64,000 bases of DNA from Mollicutes bacterium (GTDB lineage: Bacteria; Bacillota_I; Bacilli_A; Izemoplasmatales; Izemoplasmataceae): assembly GCA_003558105.1 (NCBI GenBank), contig PWMS01000096.1:1083-65082 (forward strand), written 5' to 3'. The position numbers and the translations under genes are program-made. The notes beneath the pieces are model-generated. The model worked only from the letters and a program-made list of their open reading frames with translations, had not been told where the DNA came from and searched no databases. Position 1 is the first letter of the stretch. The number at the start of each line of letters is the position of its first letter. This document shows, in pieces, positions 9,953 through 18,899 of this stretch.

Positions 9953-10987
9953 ATGGATATCAAAGCACGCATTAAAGAGTTAGAAACTGCGTTAACCTCG
10001 GCTTTAAAAAATGTTAAAGATCAAAACGACTTACAAAAGGTTAAAAGTAAGTTTTTAGGTAAAAAGGCCGACATATCAAAATTGATGCAACATATGAAAG
10101 ACTTACCCAACGATGAAAAACCGCGTTTCGGGCAAGCCATCAATGAAGCGAAACAACAGTTCCATCAATTGATTGAAAACAAAAAAGAGGCTTTGAAAAC
10201 CGAAGCGATCAAAGAACAATTAAAAAGTGAGACCATTGATGTCACACTCGATGCCCCTGATTTTTCTTTTGGTCAAACCCACAGTCTCAGTCAAATCATC
10301 GATAGCATCGAAGATTTGTTTATCGGCATGGGCTACACCATCAAAGAAGGACCGGAAATCGAGTCCGATGAGATGAATTTTGAAAAGCTTAACTTACCCA
10401 AAGATCATCCGGCTCGCGATATGCAAGATTCTCTTTACATCAAACCCGATACATTGTTAAGGACGCATACGTCCCCTGTACAAGTGAGAACCATGCTTGA
10501 GATGGGTGGAAAAAAACCTGTAAAAATCATCTGTCCTGGCAAGGTTTATCGCCGCGACGATGATGATGCGACCCATTCCCATCAATTTATGCAAATCGAA
10601 GGTCTAGTAGTCGATAAACATACCACGATGAGCGATTTAAAAGGCACCCTCTTAGAGGTCGCCAGACACATGTTTGGTCCGGATCGAGAAATCCGCTTAC
10701 GACCCTCTTATTTCCCGTTCACAGAACCTTCCGTCGAGGTTGATGTGACCTGTAAAAACTGCGACGGTAAAGGGTGTCAAATTTGTAAACAAACCGGCTA
10801 TATTGAAATTCTTGGTGCCGGGATGGTCAATGATAAAGTCTTAAAAGCCAGCGGTTACGATCCTAGGGTTTACCAAGGATTTGCCTTTGGGATTGGTGTG
10901 GAACGCCTGGCTATGCTTAAATATGGTATTGAAGATATTCGGCATTTTTATACCAACGACTTAAGGTTTAACAAACAATTCAAATGA
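9953..10987 (+). CDS. pheS: Phenylalanine--tRNA ligase alpha subunit
   Basis: Class II motifs ([27 protein letters not shown]...[11 protein letters not shown]). Preceded by a T-box leader carrying UUC triplets. Confidence 0.95.
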   Translation: MDIKARIKELETALTSALKNVKDQNDLQKVKSKFLGKKADISKLMQHMKDLPNDEKPRFGQAINEAKQQFHQLIENKKEALKTEAIKEQLKSETIDVTLDAPDFSFGQTHSLSQIIDSIEDLFIGMGYTIKEGPEIESDEMNFEKLNLPKDHPARDMQDSLYIKPDTLLRTHTSPVQVRTMLEMGGKKPVKIICPGKVYRRDDDDATHSHQFMQIEGLVVDKHTTMSDLKGTLLEVARHMFGPDREIRLRPSYFPFTEPSVEVDVTCKNCDGKGCQICKQTGYIEILGAGMVNDKVLKASGYDPRVYQGFAFGIGVERLAMLKYGIEDIRHFYTNDLRFNKQFK

Positions 10988-11700
10988 CGAAAGAAACCCT
11001 ATGTGTTATTGTCAATGGGGCTGGCACGACCGGTGCTGAATTATCGGGGTTACATAAGTATCTAAAAAAACACCATCCCGCAACCTTTGTATACTATCCC
11101 CATAATGTTCCCGGTGGTTTCGTTGGCGATTATTTTCCCAAAGCAAAAGTGAAAGACTTTAATCATTTTATCGATCAAACCATCGATATGATGCGCCAAC
11201 CGTTTAAACATGTGATGATTATCGGTTATTCTTTAGGGGCAGCCACCGCTAGTGTGATAGCTTCCAGAAGTAACCGTGTTGATAAATTGGTCTTAATTGC
11301 GCCGATTGTAAAAAACCCAAACTTTAGAAAATTTTTCCGTGGTTTTATGGCCAGTTTCGCGCATAAGAAAAACTTAACAAAAGTACAAAAACTCTTCTTT
11401 AGAGAATTTCTTAGACGCTTTCAATATGTTCCGAAACTACATGTATGGACCTTGCAACGATACTTCTGGTATACGAAAAAATACGTAAAAAAAATTCAAA
11501 ACACCAACATCTTAATCATCGAAACCCTACATGATGAAATCGTCAAAAAGACATCGGTCGACTGGCTGGTCAAAAAGATGGATACACCCAAAGTGGAACG
11601 GTATCCTATTGATTCTTCGCACTTTTTGTTTTTTGACAAAAAGGCCAGAATTGAAGCTTATCAAAAAATTAGTGCCTTTTTAAAGGAGGAAACCGCATGA
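10984..11700 (+). CDS. Alpha/beta-fold serine hydrolase (esterase/lipase-like), unknown substrate
   Basis: GYSLG nucleophile elbow (GxSxG). A later HDEIV Asp and SSHFLF His fit a Ser-Asp-His triad. ATGA start/stop overlaps with both pheS and pheT. Confidence 0.6.
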   Translation: MTKETLCVIVNGAGTTGAELSGLHKYLKKHHPATFVYYPHNVPGGFVGDYFPKAKVKDFNHFIDQTIDMMRQPFKHVMIIGYSLGAATASVIASRSNRVDKLVLIAPIVKNPNFRKFFRGFMASFAHKKNLTKVQKLFFREFLRRFQYVPKLHVWTLQRYFWYTKKYVKKIQNTNILIIETLHDEIVKKTSVDWLVKKMDTPKVERYPIDSSHFLFFDKKARIEAYQKISAFLKEETA

Positions 11701-14060
11701 AAATATCACTCAATTGGCTAAATGACTACGTCTCTTTAGACGACATAAGCCACGATGAACTACAACGACGCATCACCATTCAATCACAAGAGGTAGACAG
11801 TCTGATTCCACTAACAGAAGCGAAAAACCTTGTGGTCGGTGAGACGATTACCTGCGAAGGCCATCCCGACGCAGATAAACTCAGTTTATGCAGCGTTAAC
11901 GTTGGTTCTGAGACCCTTCAGATTATCTGTGGTGCGCCCAATGTCAAAGCCCATCAAAAAGTTATTGTGGCCCTACCAGGGGCTATTTTGCCTAATGATT
12001 TCAAAATAAAGAAAACCCAAATTCGTGGCGTTGAATCCAATGGCATGATCTGCAGTTTAAAAGAACTTGGTATCGAAGAAAAATATCATCATGAAGATGG
12101 TATTCACGTTTTGCCAAACGATGTGGAAGTCGGCGCCGATGCCCTAGAAGTCTTAGGCTTTGATGATTATGTTTTAGATTTGGATTTAACCCCCAACCGT
12201 CCTGATTTGTTATCTATGCACGGGATGGCCTACGATATTAAGGCGTTGTTTGATGTGCCAGTCCATTTGCCAAGCCCAAAAGTTAAAACCAGCGAAAAAA
12301 CCAACCCTTTTACCATCAAGACCAGCACCGATAAATGCCTGAGCTACTACGGTGCTGTGATCGATGATATTAAAATCAAAGAAAGCCCCCTTTGGCTTAA
12401 AGCCCGTCTAATTGCCTCAGGCATCCGTCCTATCAATAACGTTGTTGACATAACCAACTACGTCATGCTTGAAACCAACCAACCTTTGCATGCGTTTGAT
12501 TACGCCAAGGTAAAAAGCGATACCATTCTTGTCCGTGAAGCTAAAGAAGGCGAAACCTTTACCACTTTAGACGAACAAAAACGCTTTTTAAAAGCGGGCG
12601 ACATCTTAATTACCAATGGCCATGAACCGATTGCTTTAGGTGGTGTCATGGGTGGTTTAGACAGCGAAGTTAGCGAAACGACAACCACAATCTTGTTAGA
12701 AAGTGCGATCTTTGATACGACGCAAATTCGTAAAACTTCACAACGGTTGGATTTAAAAAGCGAATCATCGATTCGTTTCGAACGCGGACTCGATTATAAA
12801 AAGACGGCGTATGCACTTAAAAGAGCGGGAGAACTACTCGCTAAATACGCCAACGCAACCATCAGAAGAAATACCGCATATTTTGATAATCACGACACAC
12901 AAACCGACGTTATTGATCTATCTTTAAAGAAAGTCAATCGTGTTTTGGGCACTGAACTTTCCGCAAAAACCATCCAAGACATTTTAAGACGGCTAGATTT
13001 TACTTATCAGTTTAAAGACGATATCTTTGCGATTGAAAAACCATCGCGCCGTGTCGATATCAAAACGTATCAAGACTTGATTGAAGAGATTGGCCGTATC
13101 TATGATTACAACAATCTAAAAGACACCTTACCCGTGACCATCTCCAAAGGTGGTTTAAGCGATTACCAACGCTTTAAACGGCAACTAAGACATAGTTTAA
13201 CCGGACTTGGATTAAGTGAAACCATCACCTACACCCTTATGAACGACCACCAGTTATTCGACTTGATGCCATACAAAGAATTAAAACCAGTAAAACTCGC
13301 CAATCCCATCAGTGAAGAACACAGCAGCTTAATTTTAACCCCGTTAAACAATCTCTTAAAGATGACGGCTTATAACGTGGCTCGTCGCAGTGAAAACGTC
13401 CATGCCTTTGAAATTTCAAAGACTTATCAACTCAACTATGAAACAGAAGTGCTTGGCATCGTGATGCAAGGACCCTATCAAAACCGCTACTGGCAAGCGA
13501 CAAGTCCGACCAACTTCTTTACCTTAAAAGGCGTTATCGAAGCCTTATTCGATCGTTTTCAGTTAAGTGGCATTCGTTATGAAAAGGGTGAAATCGATAA
13601 CTTCCATCCGCATCAAACCGCGTGGATTAAACATAACGATACGACGCTTGGTTATCTTGGGAAACTCCATCCCGCCTACGCCTCGCTTCACGATTTAGAA
13701 TCGGTGTACATGGCGCATTTGGATATTGAAAAAATCTATGATCTAATGACCAAGACCATCGCTTATGAAAAAGTCCTAAAATACCCTAGTGTCTCAAGAG
13801 ACATAGCGCTTATTTGTGATGAAGCCATTCCTGCGGGTACGATTATTCGAAGTATCCATGAAAATTCCACCAGCATCTTAAGGACGGCCCATATTTTTGA
13901 TGTCTATCGCGGCGACAATATCGAAACCGATAAGAAGTCCTTAGCGATACGGTTGCATTTTGAAGATAAAACAGGCACCTTAAAAACCAAAACCGTCGAT
14001 GAGATGGTGAAAAACATTCTAGAAGCTTTAAAACAAGAACATAACGCGGTTTTACGCTAA
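11697..14060 (+). CDS. pheT: Phenylalanine--tRNA ligase beta subunit
   Basis: 787 aa. N-terminal tRNA-binding domain ([12 protein letters not shown]...), B3/4 and B5 regions, and a C-terminal FDVYRG...SLAIRL motif. Confidence 0.95.
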   Translation: MKISLNWLNDYVSLDDISHDELQRRITIQSQEVDSLIPLTEAKNLVVGETITCEGHPDADKLSLCSVNVGSETLQIICGAPNVKAHQKVIVALPGAILPNDFKIKKTQIRGVESNGMICSLKELGIEEKYHHEDGIHVLPNDVEVGADALEVLGFDDYVLDLDLTPNRPDLLSMHGMAYDIKALFDVPVHLPSPKVKTSEKTNPFTIKTSTDKCLSYYGAVIDDIKIKESPLWLKARLIASGIRPINNVVDITNYVMLETNQPLHAFDYAKVKSDTILVREAKEGETFTTLDEQKRFLKAGDILITNGHEPIALGGVMGGLDSEVSETTTTILLESAIFDTTQIRKTSQRLDLKSESSIRFERGLDYKKTAYALKRAGELLAKYANATIRRNTAYFDNHDTQTDVIDLSLKKVNRVLGTELSAKTIQDILRRLDFTYQFKDDIFAIEKPSRRVDIKTYQDLIEEIGRIYDYNNLKDTLPVTISKGGLSDYQRFKRQLRHSLTGLGLSETITYTLMNDHQLFDLMPYKELKPVKLANPISEEHSSLILTPLNNLLKMTAYNVARRSENVHAFEISKTYQLNYETEVLGIVMQGPYQNRYWQATSPTNFFTLKGVIEALFDRFQLSGIRYEKGEIDNFHPHQTAWIKHNDTTLGYLGKLHPAYASLHDLESVYMAHLDIEKIYDLMTKTIAYEKVLKYPSVSRDIALICDEAIPAGTIIRSIHENSTSILRTAHIFDVYRGDNIETDKKSLAIRLHFEDKTGTLKTKTVDEMVKNILEALKQEHNAVLR

Positions 14061-14066
14061 CGATTT

Positions 14067-14103
14067 AAAACGCTGGTTTGAAAGATAAAACCAGCGTTTT
14101 TTT
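14067..14103 (+). terminator. Rho-independent terminator after pheT
   Basis: ACGCTGGTTT...AAACCAGCGT stem followed by T7. Confidence 0.9.
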
Positions 14104-14218
14104 ACACAAAAAACCTGTATTATAAAAACCCTTACATTTTTTCTGAAAACGGTTGTATAAAGCCACGCATTTTGATACAATTAAACCGTATTTGAAAACA
14201 TATATCGGGAGGATTTAT

Positions 14219-15337
14219 ATGAAAATTGGTGTACCTAAGGAAATAAAAAATAACGAGAATCGCGTAGGTATTACACCTGCGGGCGTTAGTTTACTTGTCA
14301 AAAACAACCATGAAGTTTATGTACAAAAAACCGCAGGTCATGGTTCTGGCATTGACGATCAAACGTTCATTGAAGCCGGCGCAAAGATTGTGGATGGCGC
14401 TGAAGAGGCTTGGGCGCAAGAGATGGTTATCAAAGTTAAAGAACCCTTGGAAAGTGAATACAAATATTTTAGAGAAGATTTAGTTATTTTCACATATTTA
14501 CACCTTGCGGCGGAAGAGAAACTTACGCAAGCGTTGATTGATTCTAAATGTAAAGCGATCGCGTATGAAACTGTACAAGTAGGTAAAGAATTACCGCTTT
14601 TACGCCCTATGAGCGAAGTTGCGGGTCGCCGTGGTACCATTGTGGCTGCGACTCAACTCGAAAAACATCGCGGTGGACGCGGCATATTGTTGAGTGGTGT
14701 ACCAGGTGTTAACCGTGGCCATGCGGTCGTTATCGGTGGCGGTACGGCCGGTGTTTCTGCGGCTAAAATGGCGATTGGCTTAGGTGCCCGCACCACCATT
14801 TTAGAACTCGATGAAGATAGAATGCGCTATTTGGATCATATTTTTGATAAAGAAGTTAGTGTTGTTAAATCGAACCCACTTAATATTGCCGAAGCGGTTA
14901 AAACCGCTGATGTGGTTGTCTCTACGATTTTAATTCCAGGTGCTAAAGCCGCGAAAATCGTCACAGAAGATATGGTTAAAACCATGCCTGAAGGCTCGAT
15001 TATCGTCGATATTTCAATTGACCAAGGTGGCTCTGTGGAAACGATCGATCGGATTACCACCCATGACAAACCCGTATTTGAAAAGCATGGTGTCATTCAC
15101 TATAGTGTCGCCAATATGCCAGGGGCGGTACCACGTACCTCGACCTTTGCGCTGACCAATGCGACCATCCCTTATGCGGTACAAATCGCCAATAAAGGGT
15201 ATAAAAAAGCATGTGAAGACGACAAGTCATTGCGTTTGGGCTTAAACGTCTTGAACGGTAAAGTTGTTTACAAAGCCGTGGCCGATGCGTTTGGCCATCC
15301 CTATCACGAGGTTGATGAGGTTTTGAAAAAAGCTTAA
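14219..15337 (+). CDS. ald: Alanine dehydrogenase
   Basis: MKIGVPKEIKNNENRVGITPAGV start, NAD-binding VIGGGTAGVSAA, and PGAVPRTST. ATG 14219 with GGGAGG RBS is preferred to the track start 14153. Confidence 0.9.
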   Translation: MKIGVPKEIKNNENRVGITPAGVSLLVKNNHEVYVQKTAGHGSGIDDQTFIEAGAKIVDGAEEAWAQEMVIKVKEPLESEYKYFREDLVIFTYLHLAAEEKLTQALIDSKCKAIAYETVQVGKELPLLRPMSEVAGRRGTIVAATQLEKHRGGRGILLSGVPGVNRGHAVVIGGGTAGVSAAKMAIGLGARTTILELDEDRMRYLDHIFDKEVSVVKSNPLNIAEAVKTADVVVSTILIPGAKAAKIVTEDMVKTMPEGSIIVDISIDQGGSVETIDRITTHDKPVFEKHGVIHYSVANMPGAVPRTSTFALTNATIPYAVQIANKGYKKACEDDKSLRLGLNVLNGKVVYKAVADAFGHPYHEVDEVLKKA

Positions 15338-15344
15338 CATCTTA

Positions 15345-15377
15345 AGCTACATTCTGCTAAAGGATGTAGCTTTTTTT
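15345..15377 (+). terminator. Rho-independent terminator after ald
   Basis: AGCTACAT...ATGTAGCT stem followed by T7. Confidence 0.85.
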
Positions 15378-15411
15378 ATTGCTTGAATTTATTAAGCCAA
15401 AGCTGTTTTTA

Positions 15412-15420
15412 TGCTATAAT
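15412..15420 (+). promoter_or_regulatory. Extended -10 element (TGCTATAAT) upstream of rlmN
   Basis: TGnTATAAT 17 nt before ATG 15437, after the ald terminator. Confidence 0.5.
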
Positions 15421-15436
15421 AGCCTCAGGTGATGTT

Positions 15437-16459
15437 ATGAAAAATTTATACGATTACAGTTATGAAAAACTTCAATTCCATTTGGTTAATGCGGGGTTTA
15501 AACTCTATAATGCCACACAAGTTTTTCAGTGGCTATATAAAAAGCGAATCACAGATTTCGATCAGATGAGCAATATATCAAAGCATTTACGCACGTATTT
15601 AAAAAACCACTTTACAACCTCACAAATCGGTTGTTTTACCCAACAAGAAGCCGAGGATGAAACCGTTAAATTTTTATTTTCCCTGGATGATAAACATCTT
15701 ATTGAGACAGTCTGGATGCACCATTATTATGGGGATTCTTTATGTGTGACCTCACAAGTCGGCTGTAATATTGGTTGTAGCTTCTGCGCCTCAGGCCTCA
15801 AGAAAAAAACGCGCAATCTTCGTGTCAGCGAAATGGTCTTACAAGTTTTAAAAGCCGAAGCGCTGCAAAACCAACGCGTCAGTCATGTCGTTTTGATGGG
15901 AACAGGTGAGCCGTTTGACAATTTTGAAAACGTCATGGACTTTATCGATATCATCAATCACCCCCATGCCTTTGAAATCGGTAAACGCCACATCACAGTC
16001 TCAACCGCTGGTATCGTACCTAAAATCGATGCCTTCGCCAAACGCCAAAGCCAAGTGAACTTAGCGATTAGCTTACATGCGACCAACGATGCGTTGCGCT
16101 CTAAACTCATGCCCATCAATAAAGTATACCCCATCAAAAAACTCTTAGATAGCGCCAAACGCTATACCGAAACAACCCACCGCAGGGTGACCTTTGAATA
16201 CTTGTTGTTAAAAGGTGTCAACGATTCGATGAAAGATGCCGATGACTTGAGCGATCTTTTAAGAGGTCTCAATTGCTATGTCAATTTAATTCCTTATAAC
16301 AGCGTCGCTGAATTTAACTACCAAGGTAGCGATCTAGCGACACAAGAACGCTTCTATAAACGTTTATTAAAACGTGGTATCACCGCAACACTAAGACAAG
16401 AAAAAGGTGCCGATATCGATGCCGCTTGTGGTCAATTGCGCATTAAGGAGGATGAGTAA
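15437..16459 (+). CDS. rlmN: 23S rRNA/tRNA adenine-C2 methyltransferase RlmN (radical SAM)
   Basis: CNIGCSFC radical-SAM cluster motif, MGTGEP, and a C-terminal DIDAACGQL. ATG 15437 follows AGGTGA. Confidence 0.9.
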   Translation: MKNLYDYSYEKLQFHLVNAGFKLYNATQVFQWLYKKRITDFDQMSNISKHLRTYLKNHFTTSQIGCFTQQEAEDETVKFLFSLDDKHLIETVWMHHYYGDSLCVTSQVGCNIGCSFCASGLKKKTRNLRVSEMVLQVLKAEALQNQRVSHVVLMGTGEPFDNFENVMDFIDIINHPHAFEIGKRHITVSTAGIVPKIDAFAKRQSQVNLAISLHATNDALRSKLMPINKVYPIKKLLDSAKRYTETTHRRVTFEYLLLKGVNDSMKDADDLSDLLRGLNCYVNLIPYNSVAEFNYQGSDLATQERFYKRLLKRGITATLRQEKGADIDAACGQLRIKEDE

Positions 16460-16463
16460 CGGG

Positions 16464-18899
16464 ATGGAAGCCATTTTAAAACGCATCAAAAACGCCACCA
16501 AACCCTTAGTCATTATCACAAGCAACGCTCATCAAGAGCGCCTTTTGCGTGCGATGCACGCCCAAAAAATCATCAAACCGGTACAATTCATCGTCAAAAA
16601 AGACCTTTTTCAAAGGGTCTTTTTCAATCTAAAACCCCATGCTTTAGACATGGCGGCTAAACATTTCAACACCGATATAAGCATCATTGAAGAACAATGT
16701 TCTTATATCCATAAAATAGAGATTGATCGATTATACCACCATCATAATCTTAAGCAATTAAAAGCCTTAAAAACGTATCTCATCGACCAAAATTTATTAC
16801 AATACCATCGTTTTCGCGATATACAGTTTGAAAACAAAACCCTTATATATTATGGCACATTTTACGATGCCCATCTTTTGCAAATCATCACTGAAATAAA
16901 GCAGGATCAAACGGTTGAACACCTAAGTCCCCCATCCCAAAATCAATCGATGCACCTTACCGCTTTTGAAGATAAGGAATCAGAAGTCCGCGATATTATC
17001 TTAAGAATTTTAGAACTGACAAAAGACGGCGTTTCTTTAGATAAGATTAAATTATACGATGCGCCCCAAGCCTATCATCATACACTTAAAAGCTTCTTTA
17101 GACGTTATCATATCCCTTTGGATTTAAACCAGACTACCCCGCTTATCGCTTTACCCTTTGTGCAAACATTTTTATCCAAACTCAAACAGCAACCCGCATC
17201 GTCTTTTCACTTGGCCTTAAAAACAACATTCGAACAGTCAGCTTTGAAACATCTATCGCCTTTTAACCGCAAAGTTTACGATAAATTACTACAAATTGCT
17301 AACCCATTAATTGAAGGCGATATGACGTTAGAAGAAGGGTTAAAAGGCTTAACATACCGACTTAAAAGACGCCGTATTAAAACCGTGAACCAAACCGGTG
17401 CGGTTGAGAATTTAAGTTATGAGCAACTCGATAGTGAAAATATCCACACCCTCTTTGTCCTCGGCATGGCACAAGGACTCAGACCTCAGATTAAAAAAGA
17501 CCATGATTTTTTAGATGAAACCGATAAAAATACCATCGACTATCCGACGGTTATCGCCGAAAACAAACTGGAAAAATTGCGTTATCTTGAAGGTTTAAAA
17601 CTTTTTAAAAACGTTCATTTTTCTTATGCGAAAACCATCGACAACGAACCGTATGAAAAAAGCACCTTACTAACAATCATCGACCCCAAACAAGTCGAAC
17701 CCCTACCTATCATCGCCCAAACACATAGTTATCGTGACGACAGAATTCGGGTGAAAAACGCTTATGACCAATACCAACTTTACCGCGAACAAAGCCAGGA
17801 TTTAACCGCTCTTTATCCTTTATTTAAAGATGATATTAAAATCTATGATCATCGCTTTAAAGGTTTGGATAAAGAGACACTAACGCGCTTTTTACGTAAA
17901 AAACGAAGTGTTGGCGTTACCGCTATCGAAAATTTTTATCAATGCCAATTTCGCTTCTTATTGTCGCATTTTCTCAACTTAGATACCATCGACAATCCAT
18001 TTTATCTCGATTTAGGAACGCTTTGTCACGATCTTTTAGAAATCGAGATTGAAAACGCTGAACTTCAGGATGAAACCCTAGATAAAAAGATTACAACCCT
18101 CATTAAAAAACGGTCATATTCTAAAAAAACACAAGTCTTTTTTGAACACTTAAAACCGACCCTAAAAGAAGCTTTTTACACGATTAAACAACAAGAAACC
18201 ATCACCCCATTTGACGTTTATCAACGTGAACTGGCCTTAACTAAAACCTACCCGCTCAACCAGACATTCACCCTCAAAGGGAAGATCGATAAAATTTTTA
18301 AAAAAGACAAAGACAGTGTTTTAATCGACTATAAGACCGGGCGGACAAGCTTAGAGCTTAAAACCGCTTATCATGGCATCGGCGCACAACTATTATTTTA
18401 TGCTTTGATGTATAAAAACACCGTTGAAGATGCCACGATCATCGGCTTATATGAACAACAACTCTTAGGCAAAAATTTCGATAAAAAAGACAATAAAACC
18501 CTAGAAAGACAAATCTTTGATTATTATCAAATGCAAGGTATCACGTTAAATAATCCTGAAAAACTAACGGATTTTAATCCTCAATATGAAAGCGACAATC
18601 TGATCAAAGGGTTTCACATCAACAAAAAAGATGGCCGGTTAAGCGCAGTGATGAAAACCTTTGAACCAGAGGATTTAGAACGTTTAACCAAGCATCTAGA
18701 TGCGTTACTTAAAAAGGCGTTTAACGAGATTGAAAAAGGAGATTTCAAGATCAATCCAAAACGGATTGGCAAAAACAATGTCAGCTGCCAGTATTGCCCC
18801 TTTAAAGATATTTGTTATCGCGATGAAAGCGATCTTGAAACCCACCCAGAATTTGATCATACCGAATTATTTAAAACCTTGAAAGCGGAGGTGAAATGA
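16464..18899 (+). CDS. addB: Helicase-nuclease AddAB subunit B (AddB/RexB type), compact form
   Basis: C-terminal RecB-type nuclease (IDKIFKK...VLIDYKTG). Four-Cys iron staple (YQCQF... and CQYCPFKDIC). Its stop overlaps the addA start. About 811 aa, and no GxxxxGK[ST] motif anywhere. Confidence 0.75.
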   Translation: MEAILKRIKNATKPLVIITSNAHQERLLRAMHAQKIIKPVQFIVKKDLFQRVFFNLKPHALDMAAKHFNTDISIIEEQCSYIHKIEIDRLYHHHNLKQLKALKTYLIDQNLLQYHRFRDIQFENKTLIYYGTFYDAHLLQIITEIKQDQTVEHLSPPSQNQSMHLTAFEDKESEVRDIILRILELTKDGVSLDKIKLYDAPQAYHHTLKSFFRRYHIPLDLNQTTPLIALPFVQTFLSKLKQQPASSFHLALKTTFEQSALKHLSPFNRKVYDKLLQIANPLIEGDMTLEEGLKGLTYRLKRRRIKTVNQTGAVENLSYEQLDSENIHTLFVLGMAQGLRPQIKKDHDFLDETDKNTIDYPTVIAENKLEKLRYLEGLKLFKNVHFSYAKTIDNEPYEKSTLLTIIDPKQVEPLPIIAQTHSYRDDRIRVKNAYDQYQLYREQSQDLTALYPLFKDDIKIYDHRFKGLDKETLTRFLRKKRSVGVTAIENFYQCQFRFLLSHFLNLDTIDNPFYLDLGTLCHDLLEIEIENAELQDETLDKKITTLIKKRSYSKKTQVFFEHLKPTLKEAFYTIKQQETITPFDVYQRELALTKTYPLNQTFTLKGKIDKIFKKDKDSVLIDYKTGRTSLELKTAYHGIGAQLLFYALMYKNTVEDATIIGLYEQQLLGKNFDKKDNKTLERQIFDYYQMQGITLNNPEKLTDFNPQYESDNLIKGFHINKKDGRLSAVMKTFEPEDLERLTKHLDALLKKAFNEIEKGDFKINPKRIGKNNVSCQYCPFKDICYRDESDLETHPEFDHTELFKTLKAEVK

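Noticed and set aside
10985-10987. Possibility of the Mycoplasma/Spiroplasma genetic code (TGA = Trp).
   Set aside because: TGA terminates pheS, the pheS-pheT insert, addB, the B12-binding gene and others at positions matching the family C-termini. It is immediately followed by, or overlapped with, the next start codon. Conserved Trp positions are encoded by TGG.
16407-16463. N-terminal extensions of track ORFs, for example addB from 16407, ald from 14153, rlmN from 15383, rnc from 32497, trpS up to 46968, the U32 gene from 62221 and tmcAL up to 41700.
   Set aside because: In each case the extension overlaps the upstream gene, a terminator or a riboswitch. An internal ATG preceded by a GGAGG-like RBS begins exactly where the conserved family N-terminus starts.
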